From contig CANJBO010000001.1 of NCBI GenBank assembly GCA_947472995.1, positions 204,361 to 268,360 of the forward strand: a stretch of 64,000 bases of DNA. Direction: 5' to 3'. Below, in pieces: positions 1 through 9,386 of the stretch. Positions within the stretch are counted from its first letter, which is position 1; each line of letters opens with the position of its first letter. The notes beneath the pieces were generated by a model. It worked only from the letters and a program-made list of their open reading frames with translations, was not told where the DNA came from and ran no database searches. Source of the stretch: Chloroflexota bacterium. GTDB taxonomy: Bacteria > Chloroflexota > Dehalococcoidia > UBA2979. The position numbers and the translations under genes were made by a program.

Positions 1-99
1 CGCGCGCTGCACGAGACGCTGAAGGACAACGTCGCGGAGTACCTGTACCGGCAGACGCACCGGCGCCCGCTGGTCATTCCCGTGATGCTGGAGGTCTGA
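1..99 (+). CDS. rnj: Ribonuclease J, C-terminal end (5' truncated by window edge)
   Basis: Open from nt 1 to TGA at 97-99, giving RALHETLKDNVAEYLYRQTHRRPLVIPVMLEV*. This resembles the RNase J C-terminus as I recall it, and rnj-ftsK adjacency is typical of Actinobacteria. Only 32 aa are visible. Confidence 0.45.
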   Translation, partial: RALHETLKDNVAEYLYRQTHRRPLVIPVMLEV

Positions 100-184
100 T
101 CCAGGCCGAGAGCACACGGAATTCACACCGATAGATCGATCGCTCCTGCTGGCGGGGAGGCGCGGTCGAAGGAGTAAGAGAGCC

Positions 185-2668
185 ATGGCTCGAGCCAAGT
201 CCCGCCGTCCTCGAGGAACCGCACGCGGCTCCGCGCCCGGCATTCCCGACATCGTCTCGCTGGGTCGCATGGTCGCCCGCCCGGAGATCGTCGGCACGGC
301 GCTGGTGGTGATGGCCGCCGCCGCGATCCCCTACCTGCTGCCGCTGACCGGCGTCTTCGGCGCGGCGCGCGATGCGCTGGTCGGCCTCTTCGGGCTCCAC
401 GTCTTCACCGTCATCGGACTGCTGGCGGGCCTCGGCGTGCTGCTCGCGCTGCACCGCGAGTACGTGCTGAAGCGCCACCGCCGCCACGTGGCCGGCTTCG
501 CAATCCTGATCGTGTTCCTCGCCGGGCTGTTCGGGCTCTGGTATCCGCCGACGCGCGTCGGCGAGATCGATCTCACGACGGCGTCCGCGGGCGGGCTGCT
601 GGGGCGCGTGATCACCTCGACGTGGTGGGGTGCGACGCTGTGGGTCGCGCTGTTGCCCCTCGGCTACGCGCTGCTGTGGCCGCGCACCGCGCTGCGACTC
701 GCGCGCGAGGTGCCCCCGGCGACGTGGCGCACGCTCGCGTGGCTGTGGTCGCTTGGCCTGCACCGCTCCGCGGGCCGCGGAGTCGCCGGCCTCGTGCGGC
801 GCGCACGCGGCATCGAGGCGCCCGTCGTGGTCGACGACGTCGAGGAGGTCGAGCCGCTGCCGATCGAGAATGCTCGACGCCGCAAGGCACGCGAGGCTGA
901 GCTCGCCGCCGCCGTCGAGCAGCTCGCGCCGCTGCCGCCCGCCCCGGTCGTCAACGGCCCGACCGACCTCGAGGGTCGCCCGGTGTCGCAGCTCGGCATG
1001 GACATGGAGACGCCAGTCGGCGAGTGGCGCACGGCCGCCGACGGCTGGCAGCTGCCGCCGCTCAAGCTGCTGAAGAAGGTCGAGACCCGCGTCAAGCACG
1101 GCCCCGACAACCAGCGCCGCGCCGACCTGATCACGCAGACGCTCCAGTCGTTCGGCGTCGACTCGACGGTCGTCGAGATCAACGAGGGGCCGACCGTCAC
1201 GCAGTTCGGCGTCGAGCCGGGCTGGGACGTGAAGACGCGCATGGTCACCGAGCGCGACGCCACCGGCCGCGCGATCCTCGACCCCACGGGCAACGCCCGC
1301 CAGAACGAGGTCGAGGTGGCGCGCACCCGCATCCGCGTGAACCGCATCACCGCGCTTCAGAACGACCTCGCGCTGGCGCTGGCCGCGCCGGCGCTGCGCA
1401 TCGAGGCGCCCGTCCCCGGCAAGCCGATGGTCGGCATCGAGGTGCCGAACGGGAGCACCTCGATCGTCTCGCTGCGCGAGATCATGGAGTCGGAGCCGTA
1501 CCAGAAGTTCGCGGAGAAGTCGGCGCTGCCGCTGGCCCTCGGCGCGGGTGTCTCGGGCGAGCCGATCACGGCCGACCTCGCGAGGATGCCGCACCTGCTG
1601 ATCGCCGGTGCGACCGGCTCCGGCAAGTCGGTATGTCTCAACACGATCATCACCAGCCTGCTGATGAACTACTCGCCGGAGCAGCTGCGCTTCGTCATGG
1701 TCGACCCCAAGCGCGTCGAGCTGACGGCGTTCGGCTCAATCCCGCACCTCGCGTTCTCCGAGATCGTCGTCGAGATGGACCGCGTCGTCGGGACGCTGCA
1801 GGCCGTGATCAACGAGATGGAGACGCGCTACCGGCGGTTCGCGCAGGTCGGCGTCCGCAACATCGAGAAGTACAACGAGAAGCCGGCGAACGGCCGCGCG
1901 CTCCCCTACTGGGTCGTCGTGATCGACGAGCTGGCCGACCTGATGATCGCCGCGCCGTTCCAGGTGGAGCAGCAGCTCGTGCGCCTCGCACAGCTCGCGC
2001 GCGCGACGGGCATCCACCTAGTCGTGGCGACGCAGCGGCCGTCCGTCGACGTGATCACGGGACTGATCAAGGCGAACTTCCCGACGCGCATCGCGTTCGC
2101 GGTGTCGTCCTCGATCGACTCGCGCACGATCCTCGACCAGGGCGGCGCGGAGAAGCTGCTGGGCAAGGGCGACATGCTGTACGTGCCGCCGGACGCGCAG
2201 AAGCCGCGCCGCGTGCAGGGCGTCTACGTCTCCGACGAGGAGATCGAGGCGGTCGTGAACTTCTGGACGGCGGACCGCTTCAAGAAGCTGCGCCCGGAGA
2301 AGTACGACCACGAGCTGGAACGCGCCCTGGAGCAGGCCGACGCGATCGCGCCGGACGGCGGGGGCGGTGACGACCCGATGCTTGAGAAGGCGATCGAGGT
2401 CGCCCGCGGCAGCCGCACGCTGTCCACCTCGATGCTCCAGCGCAAGCTCGGCATCGGCTACCCGCGTGCCGCGCGCGTCATGGACCTCCTCGAGGAGCAG
2501 GGCGTCGTCGGGCCGGGTGAGTCGGGCGGCAAGGCGCGCAACGTGCTGATCGACCAGGACGGCGCGGTCGGCGGCATCGACGCCGCGGAGTCCAGCCTCG
2601 CGGCGCACGCGGCGGCGTTCACGCCTCGCGCAGCCCCCCCGAAGCCCTTCGACGCGGACGACGAGTAG
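185..2668 (+). CDS. ftsK: DNA translocase FtsK/SpoIIIE
   Basis: 827-aa ORF with N-terminal TM helices. Walker A is LLIAGATGSGKSV and Walker B is WVVVIDELADLM. The C-terminal gamma winged helix is STSMLQRKLGIGYPRAARVMDLLEEQGVVGP. AGGAG lies upstream of the ATG at 185. Confidence 0.97.
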   Translation: MARAKSRRPRGTARGSAPGIPDIVSLGRMVARPEIVGTALVVMAAAAIPYLLPLTGVFGAARDALVGLFGLHVFTVIGLLAGLGVLLALHREYVLKRHRRHVAGFAILIVFLAGLFGLWYPPTRVGEIDLTTASAGGLLGRVITSTWWGATLWVALLPLGYALLWPRTALRLAREVPPATWRTLAWLWSLGLHRSAGRGVAGLVRRARGIEAPVVVDDVEEVEPLPIENARRRKAREAELAAAVEQLAPLPPAPVVNGPTDLEGRPVSQLGMDMETPVGEWRTAADGWQLPPLKLLKKVETRVKHGPDNQRRADLITQTLQSFGVDSTVVEINEGPTVTQFGVEPGWDVKTRMVTERDATGRAILDPTGNARQNEVEVARTRIRVNRITALQNDLALALAAPALRIEAPVPGKPMVGIEVPNGSTSIVSLREIMESEPYQKFAEKSALPLALGAGVSGEPITADLARMPHLLIAGATGSGKSVCLNTIITSLLMNYSPEQLRFVMVDPKRVELTAFGSIPHLAFSEIVVEMDRVVGTLQAVINEMETRYRRFAQVGVRNIEKYNEKPANGRALPYWVVVIDELADLMIAAPFQVEQQLVRLAQLARATGIHLVVATQRPSVDVITGLIKANFPTRIAFAVSSSIDSRTILDQGGAEKLLGKGDMLYVPPDAQKPRRVQGVYVSDEEIEAVVNFWTADRFKKLRPEKYDHELERALEQADAIAPDGGGGDDPMLEKAIEVARGSRTLSTSMLQRKLGIGYPRAARVMDLLEEQGVVGPGESGGKARNVLIDQDGAVGGIDAAESSLAAHAAAFTPRAAPPKPFDADDE

Positions 2669-3211
2669 CTACCAGACGTCGCCTTCGCGCCAGCCGCACG
2701 CGAGCGTGCCGGTGAGGTCAAGGCGCGCACGCACCGGCAGCACCAGGATGGCGCCATCGTCGTCCTCGGTGCGGACGACGCCGGCCGGGCCGTCGGCGTA
2801 CGTCGGGCCGAGCCAGGGCTGCCAGCCGCGCACGCGGTAGAACTCGAAACCGGCGTCGGAAGCCCCGAGCGCGCCGAGTTCGTACGACTCGCGGATCAGG
2901 CGCTCGATCTCGTCCATCAATCGCGCACCGATGCCCTGCCGCTGCCGGTCCGTCCGCACGCCGACTGCCTCGACGTACCCCGCGCGGATCGGACGGCGGT
3001 CGATCAGCAGCTGCCGCGCGATGAGCGACGCATGCCCGAGGAGATCCCCACCGTCCCAAGCGAGCACGTGCGTGCCGCCGAGCGCGTGACGCCAGTCCTC
3101 GGCGGAGAAGTCGCCCTCGAACGCATCGTCCATCAGCGCGCGCACCACATCGAGGTAGGCGGCGACGATCGCAGAAGTCGGCGTGACGACGAGGCGCACG
3201 TCCGCGCTCAC
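2669..3211 (-). CDS. aac(2'): Aminoglycoside 2'-N-acetyltransferase-like GNAT, AAC(2')-I family
   Basis: Start placed at GTG 3211 (GTGA overlap with the upstream stop), giving 180 aa. The product resembles mycobacterial AAC(2')-Ic end to end as I recall it: DFSAEDWRHALGG, YVEAVGVR, GALGAS, and the C-terminal CGWREGDVW. The 331-aa ORF extension upstream is Arg-rich overlap with the neighbouring gene. Confidence 0.88.
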   Translation of the reverse strand: MSADVRLVVTPTSAIVAAYLDVVRALMDDAFEGDFSAEDWRHALGGTHVLAWDGGDLLGHASLIARQLLIDRRPIRAGYVEAVGVRTDRQRQGIGARLMDEIERLIRESYELGALGASDAGFEFYRVRGWQPWLGPTYADGPAGVVRTEDDDGAILVLPVRARLDLTGTLACGWREGDVW

Positions 3212-4209
3212 GAGCGCAGGCACCACCGGTAGTCGTCGAGCAGGCCGTTGTAGGCGGGGACGAGCGCGTTGTAGCGCGCCGGCTGGCCGCGCAGCGCTTC
3301 GAGCTGGGCGGTCAGGCCGGCCATCTGCGTGTCGATCGGCGCGCATGCGACGCGGATGCGCTCGGCGTCCTCCTCGTGGAAGCGGTCCTGCGCGCGGTTC
3401 TCCGCGTCGTTCGTGCGCTCCCACGCGGCGGCGACGGCGCGCTCGATCGCCTCGCAGCTTGGCGCCGCGTCGATCGACTGGAGCGCGGTGACGAACTGAT
3501 CGAGGTACTCGCGACGGATCGTGACGTGTCGCTCCTCGTGGGTCACGACGGCGGCGCGGAACCGCTCGATCTTCGCCGCGAGGTCGGCCGAGCGCGTCGC
3601 GGCCGTCGCGGCGGGCAGCGTCAGGACCGCCGTCGCCTCGATCGTCACGGCGTCGATGGCGCACGTGTCGGCCGTCTGGATCGTGCGCAGGCGCCGTGTC
3701 GCGCCGAACTGCGCGAGGCCGGACGCGGAGCGCCCGTCCTTGCGCGGGCCGTTGCGCTCGATCGAGGCGAAGAGCGCACGCGAGTCGGCGCCCTCGACTG
3801 CATACGACTCGCGCGACTCGGTGGCGTTCACGGCGATCGAGGGCGTCACCGTGCGCGGCTCGGACGTCGTGGGCTTGCTGTGCGTGCGCTCCGTGTCGGC
3901 CACGACGCGAACGGCGATCGCGTCACCTCGCGCGCCGTTCCCCGAGCTCGACAGGTCGAGGCTCGCCGCCGTCGCCCCGGGGATCGGCGTGCCGTTCTTC
4001 ATCCACTGGTACGTGAACGACAGGTCCTCGCCGCGCGGATCGCGCGCCTCGACGCGCACGGTCGCCATCGCGTTCGTGTCGAGCGACGAGGGCTCGATGC
4101 GTACCGACTCGATGACGGGAGGGGGCGGCGCCATGCACCCCATCGTCGCCAGCACGATCGCCAGCAGGAGCCACGCTCCGCCGCGCGGGCGTGGGGGCCG
4201 GCCGGGCAC
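3208..4209 (-). CDS. Exported lipoprotein with Ig-like N-domain and HExxH motif (putative secreted Zn-protease-like, DUF922-like)
   Basis: GTG at 4209 overlaps the uvrB TAG by 1 nt. Signal peptide plus lipobox: GGAWLLLAIVLATMG|C. The N-domain reads FTYQWMKNGTPIPGATAASL, and HEERH lies in VVTHEERHVTIRREY. The 5' part of the 703-aa ORF is an out-of-frame overlap with uvrB. Confidence 0.7.
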   Translation of the reverse strand: MPGRPPRPRGGAWLLLAIVLATMGCMAPPPPVIESVRIEPSSLDTNAMATVRVEARDPRGEDLSFTYQWMKNGTPIPGATAASLDLSSSGNGARGDAIAVRVVADTERTHSKPTTSEPRTVTPSIAVNATESRESYAVEGADSRALFASIERNGPRKDGRSASGLAQFGATRRLRTIQTADTCAIDAVTIEATAVLTLPAATAATRSADLAAKIERFRAAVVTHEERHVTIRREYLDQFVTALQSIDAAPSCEAIERAVAAAWERTNDAENRAQDRFHEEDAERIRVACAPIDTQMAGLTAQLEALRGQPARYNALVPAYNGLLDDYRWCLRS

Positions 4210-6341
4210 TAGTTGTGGCCGCGCCGGGTGCGGCCACCTCGGGCGGCGCGCTTGTCGGGGCGGCGGGTCTGCGCGGAGAGCGACTGGAGGCGCTCGGCGG
4301 TGGGGTCGCCCTGCTGCTCGCGCCGCAGCTCGACGACCTGGTCGCGCAGCAGCGCGGCACGCTCGAAGTCGAGCTCCTTCGCCGCGGTCTTCATCTGGCG
4401 CTCGATCTCCATGATCATCCGCGTCAGCTCCTCCTTCGGGAGGTCGGCGGCGGTCGTGTAGGTCGAGGGCTCCTCGGCGACCTGTCGCAGGCGGTCGCCG
4501 ATGTCGCGGATCGTCTTCTCGATGCCCTGCGGGGTGATGCCGTGCTGCTCGTTGTACGCCCGTTGGATCGCGCGGCGGCGCTCCGTCTCGTCGAGCGCGT
4601 AACGCATCGAGTCGGTGATGCGGTCGGCGTACATGATCACGCGGCCCAGCGGGTGCCGCGCGGCACGGCCCATCGTCTGCACCAGCGAGCCGCCCGAGCG
4701 GAGGTAGCCCTCCTTGTCGGCGTCGAGGATGCACACCAGCGACACCTCCGGCAGGTCGAGGCCCTCGCGCAGCAGGTTGATGCCGACGACCACGTCGTGC
4801 ACGCCGAGCCGCAGGTCGCGGAGGATGTCGATGCGCTCCAGCGTGTCGATCTCGGAGTGCAGGTACATGGACTTCACACCCATCTCCTGCAGGTAGTCGT
4901 TCAGGTCCTCGGACATCTTCTTGGTGAGCGTGGTGATCAGCGTGCGCTCGTTGCGGGCGATGCGCGCCTGCACCTCCGCGAGGAGGTCGTCGATCTGCCC
5001 CTTCGTGGGGCGCACATCGACCTCCGGGTCGAGGATGCCCGTCGGGCGGATCACCTGCTGCACAACCTGCGTCGAGACGTTCAGCTCGTACGGGCCGGGG
5101 GTCGCCGAGAAGAAGATCACCTGATTGATGTGGTTCTCGATCTCGTCGAAGCGCAGCGGGCGGTTGTCCATCGCGCTGGGCAGCCGGAAGCCGTACTCGA
5201 CCAGCGTGGTCTTGCGGGCCTTGTCGCCCTCGAACATGCCGCGCGCCTGCGGCATCGCGATGTGCGACTCGTCGACGAAGAGCAGCCAGTCGTCGGAGAA
5301 GTAGTCGAGCAGCGTCCACGGCGTCGAGCCCGGCGCGCGACCGGCGAGGTGGCGCGAGTAGTTCTCGATGCCGGAGCAGTACCCGACCTCGCGCAACGTC
5401 TCCAGGTCGTACTTCGTGCGCTCCTCGAGGCGCGCGGCCTCGAGGATCTTGCCCTGCGAGCGGAACTCCGCGAGGCGCTGGTCGAGCTCCTCCTGGATCG
5501 ACTCCACCGCGCGCTCCATGTGGTCGTCGGAGGTCACGAAGTGCTTGGCCGGGTAGATCGCGGTCTGTTCCGACTCGCCCAGCACCTCGCCGGTGAGCGG
5601 ATCGAGCGTCGCGATGCGCTCGATCTCATCGCCGAAGAAGTCGATGCGGATCGCGAGGTCCTCGTACGCCGGGTGGATCGTGATCGAGTCGCCACGCACG
5701 CGGAACGTGCCGCGGATCAGGTTCAGGTCGTTGCGCGCGTACTGCATCGAGACGAGCTGGCGCACGAGCGAGTTCCGGTTGACGTGCCGCCCCTTGTACA
5801 GGTAGGCGACGAACGACTGGTACTCGCCCGGCTCGCCGAGGCCGTAGATGCACGAGATCGAGGCGACGATGATCGTGTCGCGCCGCTCGAAGAGCGCCTT
5901 CGTCGCGGCATGGCGCAGCTTGTCGATCTCGTCGTTGATGTCCGCGTCCTTCGCGATGTAGGTATCGCTGCGCGGAATGTAGGCCTCGGGCTGGTAGTAG
6001 TCGTAGTACGAGACGAAGTACTCGACCGCATTGCGCGGGAAGAACTCGCGGAACTCCTGCGCCAGCTGCGCGGCGAGCGTGCGGTTCGGCGCGAGCACCA
6101 GCGTGGGCCGCTGGTACTGCTGGATGATGTTCGCCATCGCGAAGGTCTTGCCGGTGCCTGTCGCGCCGAGGAGCGTCTGCGCACGCTCGCCCCGCTGCAG
6201 GCCCGTGACGAGGCCGGCGACCGCCGTCGGCTGGTCGCCCGTCATCTGGAAGTCCGACACCAGCTCGAACGGACGCGCCTCGAGAGGCGGTCGCGGAGAC
6301 TGCTCGATCGCGGTCACAAGGGCTCCCTGCTGCCCTTCCAT
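4209..6341 (-). CDS. uvrB: Excinuclease ABC subunit B
   Basis: Contains [35 protein letters not shown], helicase motifs and a C-terminal UVR domain ([18 protein letters not shown]). Start placed at ATG 6341; GTG 6368 is an alternative. Confidence 0.97.
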   Translation of the reverse strand: MEGQQGALVTAIEQSPRPPLEARPFELVSDFQMTGDQPTAVAGLVTGLQRGERAQTLLGATGTGKTFAMANIIQQYQRPTLVLAPNRTLAAQLAQEFREFFPRNAVEYFVSYYDYYQPEAYIPRSDTYIAKDADINDEIDKLRHAATKALFERRDTIIVASISCIYGLGEPGEYQSFVAYLYKGRHVNRNSLVRQLVSMQYARNDLNLIRGTFRVRGDSITIHPAYEDLAIRIDFFGDEIERIATLDPLTGEVLGESEQTAIYPAKHFVTSDDHMERAVESIQEELDQRLAEFRSQGKILEAARLEERTKYDLETLREVGYCSGIENYSRHLAGRAPGSTPWTLLDYFSDDWLLFVDESHIAMPQARGMFEGDKARKTTLVEYGFRLPSAMDNRPLRFDEIENHINQVIFFSATPGPYELNVSTQVVQQVIRPTGILDPEVDVRPTKGQIDDLLAEVQARIARNERTLITTLTKKMSEDLNDYLQEMGVKSMYLHSEIDTLERIDILRDLRLGVHDVVVGINLLREGLDLPEVSLVCILDADKEGYLRSGGSLVQTMGRAARHPLGRVIMYADRITDSMRYALDETERRRAIQRAYNEQHGITPQGIEKTIRDIGDRLRQVAEEPSTYTTAADLPKEELTRMIMEIERQMKTAAKELDFERAALLRDQVVELRREQQGDPTAERLQSLSAQTRRPDKRAARGGRTRRGHN

Positions 6342-6413
6342 TGTACCGCCGTCGAGGGCGACCAGCACACGCGTTCTACGCGGAGATGCGGAGGCGTATC
6401 TGGCCGAATCCGA

Positions 6414-7208
6414 TCAGACCGTGACCTCGGAGGCCTCCGCCGAGCCCCCGACGGTCCAGCGGTGGATGCGGTTCTTGCCGGCACGCTTCGCGGCGTACAG
6501 GGCGCGGTCGGCGCGGCGCACGAGCTCGTTCTCGTCCTGCGAAACGTCGACCGGGCCGCAGGTCACCCCCGCCGAGATCGTGATGCGATGCCCCGGCTCA
6601 CCGCGCGGCGGATAGTCGGTCGAGCGGTACTCGAAGGCCTCCACCGCGCGCAGCAGCTTGTCCGCGACGGCGAGCGCGCCCTCCTCGGACGTGTCGGGGA
6701 GCATGACGACGAACTCCTCGCCGCCGTAGCGCGCGACGAGGTCGGACTCGCGGGTCTGCTCGGAGATCAGGCGCGCGGTCTCCGTGAGCACGAAGTCGCC
6801 GAAGAGGTGGCCGCCCTCGTCGTTCACCTGCTTGAAGTCGTCGAGGTCGATCATCACGACCGACAGGTCGCGCCCGTATCGCTGCGAGCGGCGGAACTCG
6901 GAGCCGAGACCGTCGAAGAACGCGCGACGGTTGCGGACGCCGGTCAGCGAATCGATCGTCGCGAGGCGCTCCAGCGTCGCGGTCGCGCCGCGCAGGTCCG
7001 CGGCGATCGTGACGAGACGGCGCTCGCGGATCAGCCCCTCGCGGTTCACGACGACGAGCTGCCAGCCGAGGCCCGCGATCAGCGCGAGGCCGGCGAACAC
7101 GACGCCGTCGTGCGCAGGGATCGCCCCCGTCGCGCCGAGCAGCATGATCAGCGACGCCGAGAGCGCCCCCGAGATCAGCGGCCACGAGTGACGAGCGCGG
7201 TAGTTCAT
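6414..7208 (-). CDS. Membrane-anchored diguanylate cyclase (GGDEF domain)
   Basis: ATG at 7208 (MNYRARHSWPLISG). Two N-terminal TM helices precede a GGDEF domain with an RYGGEEF active site and an RESD I-site. Confidence 0.9.
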   Translation of the reverse strand: MNYRARHSWPLISGALSASLIMLLGATGAIPAHDGVVFAGLALIAGLGWQLVVVNREGLIRERRLVTIAADLRGATATLERLATIDSLTGVRNRRAFFDGLGSEFRRSQRYGRDLSVVMIDLDDFKQVNDEGGHLFGDFVLTETARLISEQTRESDLVARYGGEEFVVMLPDTSEEGALAVADKLLRAVEAFEYRSTDYPPRGEPGHRITISAGVTCGPVDVSQDENELVRRADRALYAAKRAGKNRIHRWTVGGSAEASEVTV

Positions 7209-7218
7209 CGGGCGTACT

Positions 7219-7854
7219 TCATCGGGCCGCCGGCGCCTGCTGCTCAAGCACGACGCGCAACAGGTCCTCGACGGCCTCGAGGTCGGCGTGTGCGCGCATC
7301 GCGTCCATGACGGCGCGCTCGGCCTCGCGGCGCGTGTACTGGAGCGCGACAAGCGCCTCGATCGCGTCCTCGCGCGCGCCGGAGCGGTCGCCACCGGCAG
7401 CCGCAGCGCGCGTGCCGGTCGCCGCGGGGAGCGCGTCGTAGGCGAGCTTGCCGGCGAGCTGCGCGACGATCGTCTGGGAGAGACGCACGCCGATGCCGGG
7501 CAGCTGCTGGATCGCCTTCACGTCCTCGGCCTCGATCCAGCGGGCGATCTCGGCGACGGGGAACGTCAGCGCGCGCACGGCCTTCACCGGGCCGACGTCC
7601 GGCACCTCGATGAACTTGCGGAAGAAGTCACGCTCGGCCAGGTGCTGGAAGCCGATGATCAGCGGCTGGGGGCTGCGGTCGGAGACGTGGTAGTAGGTGT
7701 AGATGAGCGTCGGCTCCGCGTCCACGAGCGAGTCGATCCACTCCGCGGCGAACGCGGGGATGCGCACCTCGTAGGTGACGCCCTGCACCTCGATCCAGGC
7801 GATCGAGGTGGTCTCGTCCCACTGCGTGACGACGCCGCGCAGCGCGGCGATCAT
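7219..7854 (-). CDS. ruvA: Holliday junction DNA helicase subunit RuvA
   Basis: N-terminus is MIAALRGVVTQWDETTSIAWIEVQGVTYEVRIP, with an HhH region (IQQLPGIGVRLSQTIV). ATGA overlap with the ruvC stop. Confidence 0.93.
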   Translation of the reverse strand: MIAALRGVVTQWDETTSIAWIEVQGVTYEVRIPAFAAEWIDSLVDAEPTLIYTYYHVSDRSPQPLIIGFQHLAERDFFRKFIEVPDVGPVKAVRALTFPVAEIARWIEAEDVKAIQQLPGIGVRLSQTIVAQLAGKLAYDALPAATGTRAAAAGGDRSGAREDAIEALVALQYTRREAERAVMDAMRAHADLEAVEDLLRVVLEQQAPAAR

Positions 7855-8375
7855 CGGCGGGCCATCGCGATCTCCATGCGCGCGTCCGCGAGCCGCGCGA
7901 GGGCGATCGCGGCGGCGTCCGTGACGTCAAGGGGCCCGTCGACCTCGGTCAGGCCGAGCGCGATCAGCACCATCTGCGCGACCTGCTGCTTCGGCGCCCC
8001 ACCCCAGCCGGTGACGGACTCCTTCACCGAGGACGGCGGGAACTCGTACACCGGCAGCCCGGAGATCGAGGCGGCGATCATCACGGCCGCGCGCGCCTCG
8101 CCGACGACCATCGCGCTGCGGACGTTCTCGCCGACGTACTGCTGCTCGATCGCGACCTCGTGCGGGGCGAACTCGGCGATGAGGGCGCGCGTGGCGTCGA
8201 AGATGCGGCCGAGGCGGTCGGCGCGCGGCATCTTCGTCGTGGACTTCACCGTGCCGCTGGTGACCAGCCCGCCGCCGGAGCCGCGCTCGTCGACGATCGC
8301 GTAGCCGGTCACCGCGAGGCCCGGGTCGACACCGAGGACCCTCAGGGGCAGCTGCGCGGAACGCGGTTCAGGCAA
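7851..8375 (-). CDS. ruvC: Crossover junction endodeoxyribonuclease RuvC
   Basis: Contains LRVLGVDPGLAVTGYAIVDERG and a catalytic-type C-terminus (DVTDAAAIALA). TTG start at 8375 is preceded by AGGGAG. Confidence 0.92.
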   Translation of the reverse strand: MPEPRSAQLPLRVLGVDPGLAVTGYAIVDERGSGGGLVTSGTVKSTTKMPRADRLGRIFDATRALIAEFAPHEVAIEQQYVGENVRSAMVVGEARAAVMIAASISGLPVYEFPPSSVKESVTGWGGAPKQQVAQMVLIALGLTEVDGPLDVTDAAAIALARLADARMEIAMARR

Positions 8376-8390
8376 CTGAGCTCCCTCTAC

Positions 8391-8500
8391 GGCCGAAGCG
8401 CGGGGTACCCGCGCCGGCCGCCTCAGACCTGTGGGCTTCCTGCACCGCCGATACGCGGGATACCCGCGCCGGCCGATCCAGACCTGCGGGCCTCCCGGCG
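8391..8500. repeat. Two tandem copies (period about 56 nt) of a GC-rich palindromic intergenic element with GGG(G/A)TACCC hairpin
   Basis: Copy 1 is a hairpin: ggccg-aa-gcgcggg-gta-cccgcgc-cggcc (8391-8419), then cagacctgtgggcttcc. Copy 2 is cgcggg-ata-cccgcg (8454-8468), then ccggccgatccagacctgcgggcctcccgg. The region lies between the yebC stop and the ruvC SD. Confidence 0.8.
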
Positions 8501-8510
8501 CGCAGACGGG

Positions 8511-9263
8511 CTAGCCCGCGGCCGCAGCCTCGAGCACGGCGTCGTCGATCTCGGCGTTCGAGTAGACGCGCGACACGTCGTCGAGGTCCTCGAGCCAGTC
8601 GAAGAGCTTGAGCGCCGTCATCGCGTGCTTCTCGTCGAGGTGCACCTTGTTCTGGGGGACCTTCGCGACCTCGGCGCTCTCGACGGCGAACTTCGCCTCC
8701 TCGAGGGCCGCGCGCACGGTGTGCAGGTCGGACGGCTCGGTGTAGACCTCGACCATCCCGTCGGAGACGTCGACGTCGAGGGCGCCCGCCTCGATCGCGG
8801 CCAGCTGCACCTCGTCGGGGTCGGACTTCGAGGTGTCCACGGCGATCACGCCGCGGTTGTCGAACTGCCACGACACCGCGCCGTTGTCGGCCAGCGTTCC
8901 GCCGTTGCGCGAGAACGCCATGCGGAGGTCGGCGACCGTGCGGTTCTTGTTGTCGGTCACGACCTGGACGATGACCGCCGTGCCGCCGGGGCCGTAGCCC
9001 TCGTACGTCACTTCCATGAGCGCGTCCGAGTCGCCGAGGCCCGCCGCGCGCTTGATCGCGCGGTCGATGTTGTCGTTCGGCATGTTCGCCTGCTTCGCCT
9101 TCTGGATGCAGAGGCGCAGCGAGGGGTTCATCTCAGGGTTGGGGTCGCCGGTGCGCGCGGCCATCGTGATGTCGCGCGCGAGCTTCGTGAAGGCCTGCCC
9201 CTTCTTGGCGTCGGTGGCGGCCTTCTTGTGCTTGATGGACGACCACTTGGAGTGACCGGACAT
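8511..9263 (-). CDS. yebC: YebC/PmpR family DNA-binding transcriptional regulator
   Basis: Starts at ATG 9263 with MSGHSKWSSIKHKKAATDAKKGQAFTKLARDI. The yebC-ruvC-ruvA order is classic. Confidence 0.95.
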   Translation of the reverse strand: MSGHSKWSSIKHKKAATDAKKGQAFTKLARDITMAARTGDPNPEMNPSLRLCIQKAKQANMPNDNIDRAIKRAAGLGDSDALMEVTYEGYGPGGTAVIVQVVTDNKNRTVADLRMAFSRNGGTLADNGAVSWQFDNRGVIAVDTSKSDPDEVQLAAIEAGALDVDVSDGMVEVYTEPSDLHTVRAALEEAKFAVESAEVAKVPQNKVHLDEKHAMTALKLFDWLEDLDDVSRVYSNAEIDDAVLEAAAAG

Positions 9264-9386
9264 GCTTCCCCCTGCCAACTCGTGTCCGATGTCGCGCGGC
9301 GCCTGTGGCTGCACACGCGGCGTTCGATTCAATCGTTGGTCATGTTAGCAGTTTCGACCGCAGTGATCAGCCGTACGACGCGCGGG

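Noticed and set aside
74-1594. 506-aa ORF antisense to ftsK
   Set aside because: It is Arg/Ala/Gly/Asp/His-rich with no motif, and it overlaps a clearly real gene. Such shadow ORFs are typical of high-GC DNA. The same reasoning applies to 4191-7310 (+), 8160-10421 (+), 11500-13473 (+), 14380-18048 (+), 36043-38763 (-), 47658-51713 (+), 59423-61126 (+) and 61966-63714 (-).
3208-5319. 703-aa ORF read as a single protein
   Set aside because: The N-terminal 370 aa overlap uvrB out of frame and are Arg/Pro/Gly junk. The real gene starts at GTG 4209 with a signal peptide. I made analogous N-terminal trims for 2669-3664, 6414-7394, 8511-9332, 14575-17667, 17267-20926, 20503-21870, 24010-25449, 29009-29860, 31590-33083, 35083-37116, 37113-38153, 38812-40314 and 54977-56752.
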